From: Pseudonocardiales bacterium
Lineage (GTDB): Bacteria > Actinomycetota > Actinomycetes > Mycobacteriales > Jatrophihabitantaceae
DNA length: 47,396 bases
Direction: 5' to 3'
Assembly: GCA_043746395.1 (NCBI GenBank)
Contig: JAYTRE010000305.1
Location: 1-47,396, forward strand
The notes beneath the pieces were generated by a model, which saw only the letters and a list, made by a program, of their open reading frames with translations, made no database searches and was not told where the DNA came from. This document shows positions 21,764 to 32,246 of this stretch, piece after piece (the stretch's first letter is position 1; each line of letters starts with the position of its first letter). The translations under genes were made by a program, and so were the position numbers.

Positions 21764-22423
21764 TCAGCGAATCAGGCCGATGACGATGAGCGCTTGCGCG
21801 AGGTGGTAGGTCACGATGACGGTGAGTGGGCCTCGTGGAAGCGGTCTCACGAAACGTTGCCAGCCCAGCGCCGTGTCCGAGACCAGGAACAGCACGCCGC
21901 CGACAGCGACCGCGATCGACGAGGTACCGATGCCGAGAACGGCCATCGCGCCCAGCGTGGCGGCGTAACTGCCAACGGCCGCAGCCAGTTGCCCGCCTTC
22001 GGCCGCGGCGGCGCGGCGCAGCACGACGGGCAACGTGAAACCGGCGATGCCGAGCACCACCAGCACCCCCGTCACGAGCTGAACCGGGTGCAGGCCGTGG
22101 CGGGTGAAGGCGATGAGGTAACACCCGTGGCCGAGCAGAAAGCTGCCGAGCCCGAGCAGAAAGGCTCGGTCCGGACTGTTGCCGCCGTCCTTGCTGAACA
22201 ACAGGGCGACGTCGCCGGCCAAGCCGAGCCCGAGCGCCGCAACGACCCACGGCTTGGCGGAGCCGAGATCTGCACTGCCGGCAGCGGCGACGAGCAGAGC
22301 GAGGGTCAGCGGCTTGGCGACGAGCTCGAGGCGGTGCCACGAGCGTGCGACTGCAACCCAATCCAGTGCAGCAGCCCACGCCATCAGGGCCAGCAGGGTT
22401 GTCGTCAGGTGCGCGGCCGGCAT
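21764..22423 (-). CDS. YhhN-family (lysoplasmalogenase-like) membrane protein
   Basis: 219 aa polytopic protein. Family-typical LGLAGDVALLF and FLLGLGSFLLGHGCYLIAF motifs. Confidence 0.75.
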   Translation of the reverse strand: MPAAHLTTTLLALMAWAAALDWVAVARSWHRLELVAKPLTLALLVAAAGSADLGSAKPWVVAALGLGLAGDVALLFSKDGGNSPDRAFLLGLGSFLLGHGCYLIAFTRHGLHPVQLVTGVLVVLGIAGFTLPVVLRRAAAAEGGQLAAAVGSYAATLGAMAVLGIGTSSIAVAVGGVLFLVSDTALGWQRFVRPLPRGPLTVIVTYHLAQALIVIGLIR

Positions 22424-22424
22424 A

Positions 22425-23789
22425 TCAGAGGATGGCGCCCGGGTTCAGGATGTGCTCGGGGTCCAGCGCGTCTTTGATCTTTCGGGTCAGGTTCATCACA
22501 TCCGCGCCGAGGTAGGCCGGCAGCCAATCCTTCTTCAGCCGACCCACCCCGTGCTCGCCGGAGATCGTGCCCCCCAGATCGAGGGCGAGATCCATCACCG
22601 CACCGAACGCCGCGTAGGCCCGAGCAGTCGCCCCCGGGTCGTCGGCGTCGTAGACCACGAGCGGGTGGGTGTTGCCGTCACCGGCATGCGCGACGACGGC
22701 GATCGTCACGCGGTTGGCAGCCGCAATCGCCTCGACGCCCCGCACCAGAACCGGCAAGTTGGGCAGGGCCACGCCGACGTCCTCCAACAGCAGGCTGCCC
22801 AGCCGCTGTAAAGCAGGAAACGCCGCGCGCCGGGCCGCCGCGAACGCGTCGCCCTCGTCCGGGTCGGACGTCGTGTACTGTTCGCTGGCACCGTTGGCCT
22901 GACAGGCCGATGCCATCAGGGAGATCTCGTTCGCGGCGGCAGCTCCGGGCGCGTCCGAGCGGGCGATCAGCAGGGCCTCGGCGCTGCGGTCCAGGCCCAT
23001 CGCCACCATGTCCTCGACCGCGTTGATCGACGTGCGATCCATCAGCTCGAGCATCGACGGTCGAAGGCGCCCGGTGATGGCCAGGACCGCGTCGGCGGCC
23101 GACTCGATCGAGCGGAAGGCCGCGACGAGCGTCGACGCCGGCGGGGGTGCCGGCACCAACCGCAGGGTCAGCTCGGTGATCACGCCGAGAATGCCGCCCG
23201 ATCCCACGAACAACTTTGTCAGCGACAGACCTGCCACGTCCTTCAGCCGCGGGCCACCAAGACGCAGCGCGGTGCCGTCGGCCAGCACGACCTCCATCCC
23301 CAACACGTAATCGGTCGTCACGCCGTACTTCACGCAACACAGCCCGCCAGCGTTGGTCGCCGCGTTACCGCCGATGGAGCAGATCTCAAACGACGACGGA
23401 TCCGGCGGATACCAGAGCCCGTGCTCGGCGGCGGCCCGCTTGACCTCCACATTCAGTCGACCGGGCTGGGTGATCGCCACCCGCGAGACCGCGTCGATGT
23501 GGATCTCGCGCATCTGCTCCAGGCACAGCACGATGCCGCCGTCTACTGCGGTCGATCCGCCGGAGAGCCCGGACCCCGCGCCGCGCGGCACCACCGGCAC
23601 CCGGCACGCGGTCGCCCACCGCAGTACCGCCTGGACATCCGCGGTGCAGCTCGCCCGCACGACGGCCCGCGGCCAGCCCGCGGCGGGGTCGCGGGCCCAG
23701 TCCTGCCGATAGGAGGCGACCACGTCGCGATCGGTGAGCACGGCGCCGGCGGGCAACGCCGCGACGAGGTTGGCGAGATCATCGATCAC
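22425..23789 (-). CDS. FAD-linked oxidase (GlcD / D-lactate dehydrogenase family)
   Basis: 454 aa. FAD-binding PCMH-type N-terminal domain (VVPRGAGSGLSGGS) and C-terminal GTISGEHGVGRLKK. Its stop lies 1 nt from the YhhN start. Confidence 0.88.
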   Translation of the reverse strand: MIDDLANLVAALPAGAVLTDRDVVASYRQDWARDPAAGWPRAVVRASCTADVQAVLRWATACRVPVVPRGAGSGLSGGSTAVDGGIVLCLEQMREIHIDAVSRVAITQPGRLNVEVKRAAAEHGLWYPPDPSSFEICSIGGNAATNAGGLCCVKYGVTTDYVLGMEVVLADGTALRLGGPRLKDVAGLSLTKLFVGSGGILGVITELTLRLVPAPPPASTLVAAFRSIESAADAVLAITGRLRPSMLELMDRTSINAVEDMVAMGLDRSAEALLIARSDAPGAAAANEISLMASACQANGASEQYTTSDPDEGDAFAAARRAAFPALQRLGSLLLEDVGVALPNLPVLVRGVEAIAAANRVTIAVVAHAGDGNTHPLVVYDADDPGATARAYAAFGAVMDLALDLGGTISGEHGVGRLKKDWLPAYLGADVMNLTRKIKDALDPEHILNPGAIL

Positions 23790-23844
23790 GAAGGCGATTA
23801 AACCCGGGTGCGGGGACCTCGGCGATACCGGAGACTGACCAGTT

Positions 23845-25458
<1,614 letters not shown>

Positions 25459-25923
25459 GGGTGGCGTGTCGCTGAACTTCAACCTGGTCTTCGTGCCGTT
25501 GTGGGTGCCGTCGATGTACACGACGTCGCCCGGGTTGAGCATGTTGATGGGGGCGCGTGCGCCCAACCGCGGGATCTCGATCATGTTGGGCGAGAGGTAG
25601 GCCACGTCGAGGCCACCTGCGACGGGCACCGTGCCGATGTTGCGGGCAACGGCCTGCGTGCCGCCGGGATGCTCCCAGTGGGCAGACATGACCCAGGTGA
25701 GCGCGGAGCCGGCCAGGGCCACGATCGCGGTCAGGACGCCGAGGAAGGGCACCCAGCCGACATAGCGCGATGCGGGGGAACCCGAACTGGCTCTGTGTCG
25801 GGACATGGGACAGACCTCGTTCTCCGGATCCATTCGTGGCGTCGCTGATGACCAATCCCGCTACCCCGACTAACGAGCGCCCGGCGGCCGAGGTGCGCCG
25901 AGACGCCGCTGCCCCGGCGGAAT

Positions 25924-25953
25924 TTGGCCGGTGTCAACGGCCCCGGGTAGAGT
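25924..25953 (+). promoter_or_regulatory. Candidate promoter for rplM-rpsI-glmM (TTGGCC-18 nt-TAGAGT)
   Basis: Hexamers read by eye about 125 nt upstream of the rplM GTG. The GC-rich leader that follows may be structured. Confidence 0.25.
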
Positions 25954-26078
25954 TTGCCGCTGGTGCGCGGCACACGCCGCGCGCGCAGGCCATGCCTCGG
26001 GGTCACGCCGCATTTCGGCGGGCGGGACCGCGGGGGCGCTGCCCAGGGCGGCGTGAAGACCGAGCAGGAAGTGCCACC

Positions 26079-26519
26079 GTGCCCACCTACGTCCCCAAGC
26101 CCGGCGAGATCGAACGCCGCTGGCATGTCATCGACGCCGACGACATCATCCTCGGCCGGCTCGCCAGCCACGCGGCCCGGCTGTTGCGGGGCAAGCACAA
26201 GCCCCAGTTTGCCAAGCACGTCGACGTCGGTGACTTTGTCGTCGTCGTCAACGCCGCGAAGGTCGCCGTCTCCGGCGCCAAACGCGACGAGTTCCGCTAC
26301 CGCCACTCCGGTTACCCGGGTGGCCTGTCCAAGCGCACTGTCGGTGAGCTGCTCGACACCAGGCCCGAGCGCGTCATCGAACTCGCCGTCAAGGGCATGC
26401 TGCCCAAGACCACACTCGGCCGGGCCCAGTTGAAGAAGCTCAAGGTGTACGCCGGTCCCGAGCACCCGCACGCCGCCCAGAAACCCCAGCCGTTCGAGAT
26501 CAAGCAGGTTGCCCAGTGA
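26079..26519 (+). CDS. rplM: 50S ribosomal protein L13
   Basis: GTG at 26079, 146 aa, [44 protein letters not shown]. Confidence 0.96.
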   Translation: MPTYVPKPGEIERRWHVIDADDIILGRLASHAARLLRGKHKPQFAKHVDVGDFVVVVNAAKVAVSGAKRDEFRYRHSGYPGGLSKRTVGELLDTRPERVIELAVKGMLPKTTLGRAQLKKLKVYAGPEHPHAAQKPQPFEIKQVAQ

Positions 26520-26911
26520 GCAAAGCCCCGAATGCCCCCGTCGTCGGCCGCCGCAAGGAGGCCATCGTCCGCGTCCGTCTCGTTCCGGGCGGCGGTGCCT
26601 TCACGCTCAACGGCCGCACCCTGGAGAACTACTTTCCGAACAAGGTGCACCAGCAGCTGATCCGCGAGCCGTTCGTGACGCTCGAGAAGGACGGCCAGTT
26701 CGATGTCATCGCCTCGCTCACCGGTGGCGGGATCACCGGCCAGGCCGGCGCTCTGCGCCTGGCGATCTCGCGGGCTTTGATCGGGCTCGAACCCGATGAC
26801 CGGCCGGCCCTGAAGAAGGCCGGCTTCCTCACCCGCGACCCGCGGGTGAAGGAGCGCAAGAAGTACGGGCTGAAGAAGGCGCGCAAGGCTCCGCAGTACT
26901 CCAAGCGCTGA
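26516..26911 (+). CDS. rpsI: 30S ribosomal protein S9
   Basis: 131 aa, [24 protein letters not shown]...[19 protein letters not shown]...[28 protein letters not shown] overlap with rplM. Confidence 0.97.
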   Translation: MSKAPNAPVVGRRKEAIVRVRLVPGGGAFTLNGRTLENYFPNKVHQQLIREPFVTLEKDGQFDVIASLTGGGITGQAGALRLAISRALIGLEPDDRPALKKAGFLTRDPRVKERKKYGLKKARKAPQYSKR

Positions 26912-26916
26912 GTGCC

Positions 26917-28248
26917 TTGGCGCTGTTTGGCACCGACGGCGTTCGCGGGTTGGCCAACGCCGACCTGACGCCCGAGCTGGCGCTCGCCGTGGCGAGCGCC
27001 GCCGCGCGGGTGCTCGTCGCCCACGACGCGTCGCACCGTCCATTGGCTGTGGTCGGGCACGATCCTCGGGTCAGCAGCGACATGCTGGAAGCTGCGGTGG
27101 TCGCCGGGCTGGCCGCGGCGGGTGCGGACGTGCTGCGGGTCGGGGTGTTGCCGACGCCGGCCGTCGCGTTTCTGACCGCGGCCTACGGCGCCGACCTCGG
27201 GGTAGTGCTGTCCGCGTCGCACAATCCCATGCCGGACAACGGGATCAAGCTGTTCGCCCGCGGCGGGCACAAGCTGCCCGACGAGATCGAGGCCGAGATC
27301 GAGGCCGCCGTTGCCCATGGCGCGGCCACCCGCCCGACCGGCGCCGCGGTGGGACGGGTCCGCGCGGCCGATGACGCCGCCGAGCGCTACCTCACGCACC
27401 TGCTCTCGGCCGTCCCCACCCGGCTCGACGGCCTGCACATCGTGCTCGACTGTGCCCACGGCGCTGCGGCCCTGGTGGGGCCCGAGGTGTTGCGCCGGGC
27501 CGGTGCCCGGGTCACCGCACTGGGCGTGGAACCGGATGGCGTCAACATCAACGACGGCGTCGGCTCGACCCACCTGGACGGCCTGGCCGCGGCGGTCCCC
27601 GCGGCGGGCGCCGACCTGGGGATCGCGCTCGACGGCGACGCCGACCGTTGCCTGGCCGTGGACGCCAGTGGAGTGTGCGTCGACGGTGACCAGATCCTGG
27701 CGATGTGCGCGCTGTCGCTGCGCGACGCCGGTGCCCTTTCGGCCGATACCGTCGTCGCAACCGTGATGAGCAACCTCGGCTTTCACCGGGCCATGCGGGC
27801 GGCTGACATCGATGTGATCATCACCAGTGTCGGTGACCGCTACGTGCTCGAGGCCTTGCGTGACAAGGGTTTGAGCCTCGGTGGCGAGCAAAGTGGCCAT
27901 GTGGTCTTCACTCAGGCCGCCACCACCGGCGACGGCTTGCTGACCGGCCTGCATGTCGCGGCCCGGGTCGCTAACACCGGGCAGCCGCTGGCCGAGCTCG
28001 CGGCCGTGGTGCAGCGGCTGCCGCAGGTGCTGACCAATGTCGCGGTGCGCGACAAGGGATCCGTCGCGTCCTCGGCGGCGGTCACGGCAGCCGTGGCGCA
28101 GGCCGAGCGGGAGCTCGGGGAGAACGGCCGGATCCTGCTGCGGCCGTCGGGGACCGAGGAGCTGGTCCGGGTGATGGTCGAGGCGCTGACCCAGGACCAG
28201 GCTGACGCCATCGCACAGCGGGTCGCCGCGGTGGTCGCCTCGGCGTGA
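26917..28248 (+). CDS. glmM: Phosphoglucosamine mutase
   Basis: TTG start, 443 aa, [12 protein letters not shown]. Phosphoserine loop is [13 protein letters not shown]; also DGDADRC and GGEQSGH. Confidence 0.96.
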   Translation: MALFGTDGVRGLANADLTPELALAVASAAARVLVAHDASHRPLAVVGHDPRVSSDMLEAAVVAGLAAAGADVLRVGVLPTPAVAFLTAAYGADLGVVLSASHNPMPDNGIKLFARGGHKLPDEIEAEIEAAVAHGAATRPTGAAVGRVRAADDAAERYLTHLLSAVPTRLDGLHIVLDCAHGAAALVGPEVLRRAGARVTALGVEPDGVNINDGVGSTHLDGLAAAVPAAGADLGIALDGDADRCLAVDASGVCVDGDQILAMCALSLRDAGALSADTVVATVMSNLGFHRAMRAADIDVIITSVGDRYVLEALRDKGLSLGGEQSGHVVFTQAATTGDGLLTGLHVAARVANTGQPLAELAAVVQRLPQVLTNVAVRDKGSVASSAAVTAAVAQAERELGENGRILLRPSGTEELVRVMVEALTQDQADAIAQRVAAVVASA

Positions 28249-28324
28249 GCGTCATGCCGGTGGCGCTGCCTGACAGGGCTCGCTCGCTCGCGAAGCAGCG
28301 GGTTGGCGTGGGGTCGGGCTGTCA

Positions 28325-28341
28325 GGCCGCGTTGCGCGGCC
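28325..28341 (+). terminator. Hairpin GGCCGCG-TTG-CGCGGCC downstream of glmM (terminator candidate)
   Basis: Perfect 7-bp stem with a 3-nt loop, followed by GTTGGG. A second small hairpin (GTCGC...GCGAC) follows. Confidence 0.25.
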
Positions 28342-28458
28342 GTTGGGTCGCGTCAGTCGGGTTGCGACGGGCTCTCTCGTGTCGAGTAGTCCCTTAGCAC
28401 GTGCACACCCGCGCGCTACTGCTCCCCGTTGACTCACCCGAAAATGAATGGTGACGGT

Positions 28459-28812
28459 TCACTTGCCGTCTACCGCGATCACTCGCCGACCGGGCGTCGG
28501 CCGGCCGCGCCCGGCGGGCCAGGTGCCGATCATCGCGTCCAACGCTTGCAGCACGCGACGAATCGTCGCCGCCTGGACGGGCGCGTCGGCGGCCCACTCG
28601 GCGATCGCACAGAACGATCGCGCACCGGCCACGACCGCACACACCGACACCGCGAGGACCGAGACCAGACATTGGCCTACACCGCGACGTGCCCGGGGAT
28701 CAACGACCCGACCCAGCACCGTCAACAAGTCCGCAGCCACGACACCGTCGGCGTCGACATCGGCGAGGTAGTCAACAACAACATCGATCGGCAATGATGA
28801 AGACACGAGCAC
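28459..28812 (-). mobile_element. ISAs1-family (H-repeat-associated) transposase, N-terminal fragment only
   Basis: 117 aa. VVDPRARRGVGQCLVSVLAVSVCAVVAGARSFCAIAEWAAD matches the DDE_Tnp_1-associated N-domain pattern. The ORF stops right after the conserved VIAVDGK, where the DDE catalytic domain should begin. Only about 210 nt remain before glmM. Confidence 0.75.
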
Positions 28813-29020
28813 GGCTCTTCTCGATGATCAGGTGGCGTAGACAACCGCCATGATCACCAGCAGGGCCGTGCCCAGCGCGTAGCCGGGTGTTTTCGCCAAC
28901 GGCGGCTGGCGCTGTTATCGTTTCCTGCTTACGGTCCTGATACCGTATGCGGGTCACGGCTGGCTCATCGAAAGTGCCGATGAGTGCGGGGGAGCAGTTG
29001 TCGATCGGGGGATCACAGAC

Positions 29021-30280
29021 GTGCACGTAGCATTTGGCATTTCGTTTCTGCATAATTTTGGCTTTCTACACAATCTCGGACGTTATCGGCACTTGCTGCC
29101 GATCGGGGTCGCGGGAACCATTTCGTGGTCTGTCTGGCTTTTTCGTGTCGGCCTGTCACGCCTATATCGCCCCACGCCCGTGGGCTTTCGGACGACCGTG
29201 TCGGTCGTCGTGCCTGCCTATCACGAGGATCCCGACATCCTCGACCGTTGTGTGGACTCCTTCCTCGCCGAGCCTGCGGACGAGGTGATCGTGGTGCCGG
29301 ATCTGGCCGACACCGAGGTCATCAGTCGCTTGACGTCCAGACCGGATCCGCGGCTGCGGGTGCTCCCGTTCGACCACCATGGAAAGCGCTCCGCGCTGGC
29401 GGTTGGTATCCGTGCGGCGAGGTCAGAGATCCTCGTGCTCGCCGATTCGGACACGCAGTGGTTACCCGGTTTGCTCGATGCCGTGCAGGCCCCGTTCGAG
29501 GACCCTGTAGTCGGGGGAGTTGGCACCCGCCAGAACGCGTATCTTCCCAAAACGAGCGTCTGGCGCCGCGTCGCCGATTGGATGATCGACATCCGCTACC
29601 TGGACTACGTGCCCTCGCAGAGCCGTGCTGGCGCGGTCGCGTGCCTATCCGGGCGCACCGTAGCCTACCGCCGCTCGGCAGTACTACCGGTGCTGGAGCA
29701 CCTCGAGCATGAGTTCTTCCTCGGGCGCGAGTGCATCTCTGGTGACGACGGCCGCCTGACCTGGCTGATGCTGGGTTTGGGTTACGAGACCGTCTACCAG
29801 AGCACCGCGCGGACGTTGTCGATGTTTCCGGATACCTTTCGTGCATTCCTCAAGCAGCGGGTGCGCTGGAGTCGGAACTCCTACCGGTGCTACCTGACGG
29901 CGGTGTGGAAGGGCTGGCTTTGGCGCCAACCATTCATCTGCCAGCTCAGCGTGCTGCAGATCATGATGACACCGGTGACGATGGGCATCGCCGTGTTCTA
30001 CTTGGTTCGCTGGGTGCAGCACCCGCAGGAATACCTCGCCGCGATCGCGATCGGGTGGGTCGTGCTAGCGCGCATGGTGCGCGGATCGTCGCATTTGGTA
30101 CGTAACCCTGGTGATGTCATCGTGTTGCCGCTCGTCGTGGTGATGATGGTGTTTATCGCGGTGGGCGTGAAGAGTTACGCCCTGCTCACGATGAACAGGC
30201 AGGGCTGGCTCACGCGAGGCGACTCGACGAGCGGTGGTGAAGGGCAGGACTTCGCCTCGCTGTCCATGAGGGATGTCTAG
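29021..30280 (+). CDS. Processive family-2 glycosyltransferase, HasA/NodC/chitin-synthase-like polysaccharide synthase
   Basis: 419 aa with N- and C-terminal TM helices. Motifs: VVVPAYHED, LADSDTQ (DxD, 29444-29452), SGRTVAYRR, GDDGRLT, QRVRW (29855-29869). The 5' end is AT-rich for this genome. Confidence 0.85.
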   Translation: MHVAFGISFLHNFGFLHNLGRYRHLLPIGVAGTISWSVWLFRVGLSRLYRPTPVGFRTTVSVVVPAYHEDPDILDRCVDSFLAEPADEVIVVPDLADTEVISRLTSRPDPRLRVLPFDHHGKRSALAVGIRAARSEILVLADSDTQWLPGLLDAVQAPFEDPVVGGVGTRQNAYLPKTSVWRRVADWMIDIRYLDYVPSQSRAGAVACLSGRTVAYRRSAVLPVLEHLEHEFFLGRECISGDDGRLTWLMLGLGYETVYQSTARTLSMFPDTFRAFLKQRVRWSRNSYRCYLTAVWKGWLWRQPFICQLSVLQIMMTPVTMGIAVFYLVRWVQHPQEYLAAIAIGWVVLARMVRGSSHLVRNPGDVIVLPLVVVMMVFIAVGVKSYALLTMNRQGWLTRGDSTSGGEGQDFASLSMRDV

Positions 30281-32246
30281 GCGATTGATGCGACGCGCGT
30301 CTCGTCGGCGGCGCGGCTACCTCGTCGCTGCCGGGGGGGCGTGCCTGCTGGCTGCTGTCGCGTTGATCCCGGTCCTGCGACCGGCAATAGGCAAGCCGGG
30401 ATGGGTTGCCGGCGTGCAGGTCGGGCTGCCGGTAAGGCTGCAGAGCGCAGTGAAACCATTGCCGGATGTGACGCTTCCGCTTCTCGCGCAACCGCAGGAC
30501 CCCGGTGCCGCGCCGGCTTCCGCACCAGTCTCGGCTGGCATCCACGATGCCGCTCTCGTCGTCGTCGAGGATCGCCGCCTCAGAGCTCTCCTGCATCAGT
30601 CGATCCGGCTGCCGGCGCCCGCGGTCCTCGCGGCCAGGGGCGGACTGCCCACGCTCGTACTGCCGGCCCGGCCCTACCCGTACACCGAGGGTGACCTACG
30701 CGCGGACCACGCGCTGATCTCTGTCGCGGGCCACGCGGGGACAGCCTTACTGGTGGACAACGTGCTCGTCGCTAGCGGCGCCACGCTGCAACTGGGCAGC
30801 AGTGGGAACCTCCAGACACTGCTCATGGATTCCGGGGGTGCGGGCTTCACTTCTATCGTGTCCTGGGGTGGGACGCTTCAGCTGGTGGGGACGTCTCAAG
30901 CTCCGTTCAACGTCATCGGGTGGGACGAGGAGACCCAGGCTGCGGCTCGCGATGTCGGGCATGGTCGGCCCTACATTCGGGCTGTCGGCGGCCAGTTCAC
31001 AATGTCTTATGTACATGAGTCGGCACTGGGTTTCTGGAGCGGGCGCACCGGCGGGATCGCGTGGACGGGCATCAGCCGGGCGAACGCCACCGGAGGGGCG
31101 GATCACTCGTGGTTCATCGGCAACGTCTACGGGGCCTTCGTGTCCCGCGGACAACAGATGGCGTTTCAAGATGATCTTTTTGAGGGAAACGAACTGGACG
31201 GCCTGCGGTTGCACCGTGGCACCATCAGCGTCCAGGTGTCGCACAGTGCCTCAGCCCGCAACGGGTCGAATGGCTTCGTCGTCGACCGCGGGGCGTCGCA
31301 GGACGTGCTCAGCGGCGATGTCGCGGTCAACAACGGCGGTAACGGTTTCCTGATCGACGGCCGAGCCCTGGTCCCGGGCGCGTCACCGTCGGGCGAGAGT
31401 GCCGGAGAATCCAGCGGGAACATCGTCAGCGACAGCGAGGCTACCGGTAACGCCAAGGCTGGTGTCCTGATCGAGGGTGGGCACGATCCGGTCATTGAGC
31501 GGACCATCGTCTGCGCGGCGACGTCCGCGATCGCGCTGCGCTACGCAACCGTTGGTGCCGTGATCACCGGTAATGACGTGCGTTGCGGCGGTCGCATCGC
31601 GCTATCGATCGGACCGGGCGTGACCGGGACAACCGTGGCAGACAACCTGCTTACCAGTGCGCGGATCGGCCTGCTCGTACACAACGCGGCAGGGCTGCGA
31701 CTGCTCGGAAACACCCTGAACCTGATGAGCGTGTTCGGGGTCTCCATCCGGGGCGCGTCACCCGGCATCGTCGGAGACAACAACATCATCTCCGGCCGGG
31801 GCTTCCGGCCGGTCGACCTGCGGGCCGGTGCCAGCGCGCCGGCGTTTACCAACACCGACGTCTCGGGCTGGAAGCACCTGACCCACCTCAACGTGTGGGA
31901 CTACCTCCGGTACCACCCGATCATGCTGCTGTGGGCGTGCATCATCGGCTTTGTGATCCTGGCATCGGTCCTGTCCAAGTTGCGCAGGAGGCGGCGGCGC
32001 GCCCAGCTCTATGCCCATGCGTTCGGACATCAGGCGGCCCTGGCGCACCTGTCCCTGCACCCACTGACGCTGACCACCGCGACGATCGGCGCCGCCCCGA
32101 ACGGGCACGGTTTCGCTCCCGAGCGCGCCGCGACGAGCAGCGTCGGCGTGAACGGTGGCGCCGGCACCGTCCTCGATGGCGGCGGCTCTGAGCCGGGACC
32201 GGCAGATGAGGCACCGCGGTGGCACCGCGCAGACGCGCGCCGGTAG
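30273..32246 (+). CDS. Right-handed parallel beta-helix (PbH1/NosD-like) protein bracketed by N- and C-terminal TM anchors
   Basis: ATG at 30273 overlaps the GT2 stop (ATGTCTAG). 657 aa. The N-terminus is RRRRGYLVAAGGACLLAAVALIPVL. It has serial beta-helix coils (GNELDGLRLHRG, NGSNGFVVDRG, NNGGNGFLIDG, GNAKAGVLIEGG, ...). The C-terminal TM is IMLLWACIIGFVILASVLSKLRRRRRR, followed by a tail of about 85 aa. Confidence 0.8.
   Translation: MSRRLMRRASRRRRGYLVAAGGACLLAAVALIPVLRPAIGKPGWVAGVQVGLPVRLQSAVKPLPDVTLPLLAQPQDPGAAPASAPVSAGIHDAALVVVEDRRLRALLHQSIRLPAPAVLAARGGLPTLVLPARPYPYTEGDLRADHALISVAGHAGTALLVDNVLVASGATLQLGSSGNLQTLLMDSGGAGFTSIVSWGGTLQLVGTSQAPFNVIGWDEETQAAARDVGHGRPYIRAVGGQFTMSYVHESALGFWSGRTGGIAWTGISRANATGGADHSWFIGNVYGAFVSRGQQMAFQDDLFEGNELDGLRLHRGTISVQVSHSASARNGSNGFVVDRGASQDVLSGDVAVNNGGNGFLIDGRALVPGASPSGESAGESSGNIVSDSEATGNAKAGVLIEGGHDPVIERTIVCAATSAIALRYATVGAVITGNDVRCGGRIALSIGPGVTGTTVADNLLTSARIGLLVHNAAGLRLLGNTLNLMSVFGVSIRGASPGIVGDNNIISGRGFRPVDLRAGASAPAFTNTDVSGWKHLTHLNVWDYLRYHPIMLLWACIIGFVILASVLSKLRRRRRRAQLYAHAFGHQAALAHLSLHPLTLTTATIGAAPNGHGFAPERAATSSVGVNGGAGTVLDGGGSEPGPADEAPRWHRADARR

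Noticed and set aside
21380-22477. 365-aa plus-strand ORF over the hydrolase and YhhN genes
   Set aside because: Extremely Arg/Ala/Gly/Pro-rich translation. The minus-strand genes carry recognisable family motifs and are tightly packed in one operon-like string.
26629-27954. 441-aa minus-strand ORF opposite rpsI/glmM, and the similar 500-aa ORF 42230..43732 opposite the FNR-like gene and acpS
   Set aside because: They are antisense to genes with diagnostic motifs (SASHNP in glmM, GxGxxG pairs in the reductase), and I recognised no family.
28252-28437. 61-aa minus-strand ORF and inverted repeat CCTGACAG...CTGTCAGG in the glmM-IS spacer
   Set aside because: The ORF continues neither the transposase frame nor any recognisable protein. 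The 8-9 bp arms are too short to call IS ends, so I keep only the hairpin as a weak terminator candidate.
28772-29053. 93-aa minus-strand ORF spanning the AT-rich junction and the GT2 start
   Set aside because: No recognisable motifs, it overlaps the GT2 start codon region, and its composition is atypical. It is likely non-coding junction sequence.
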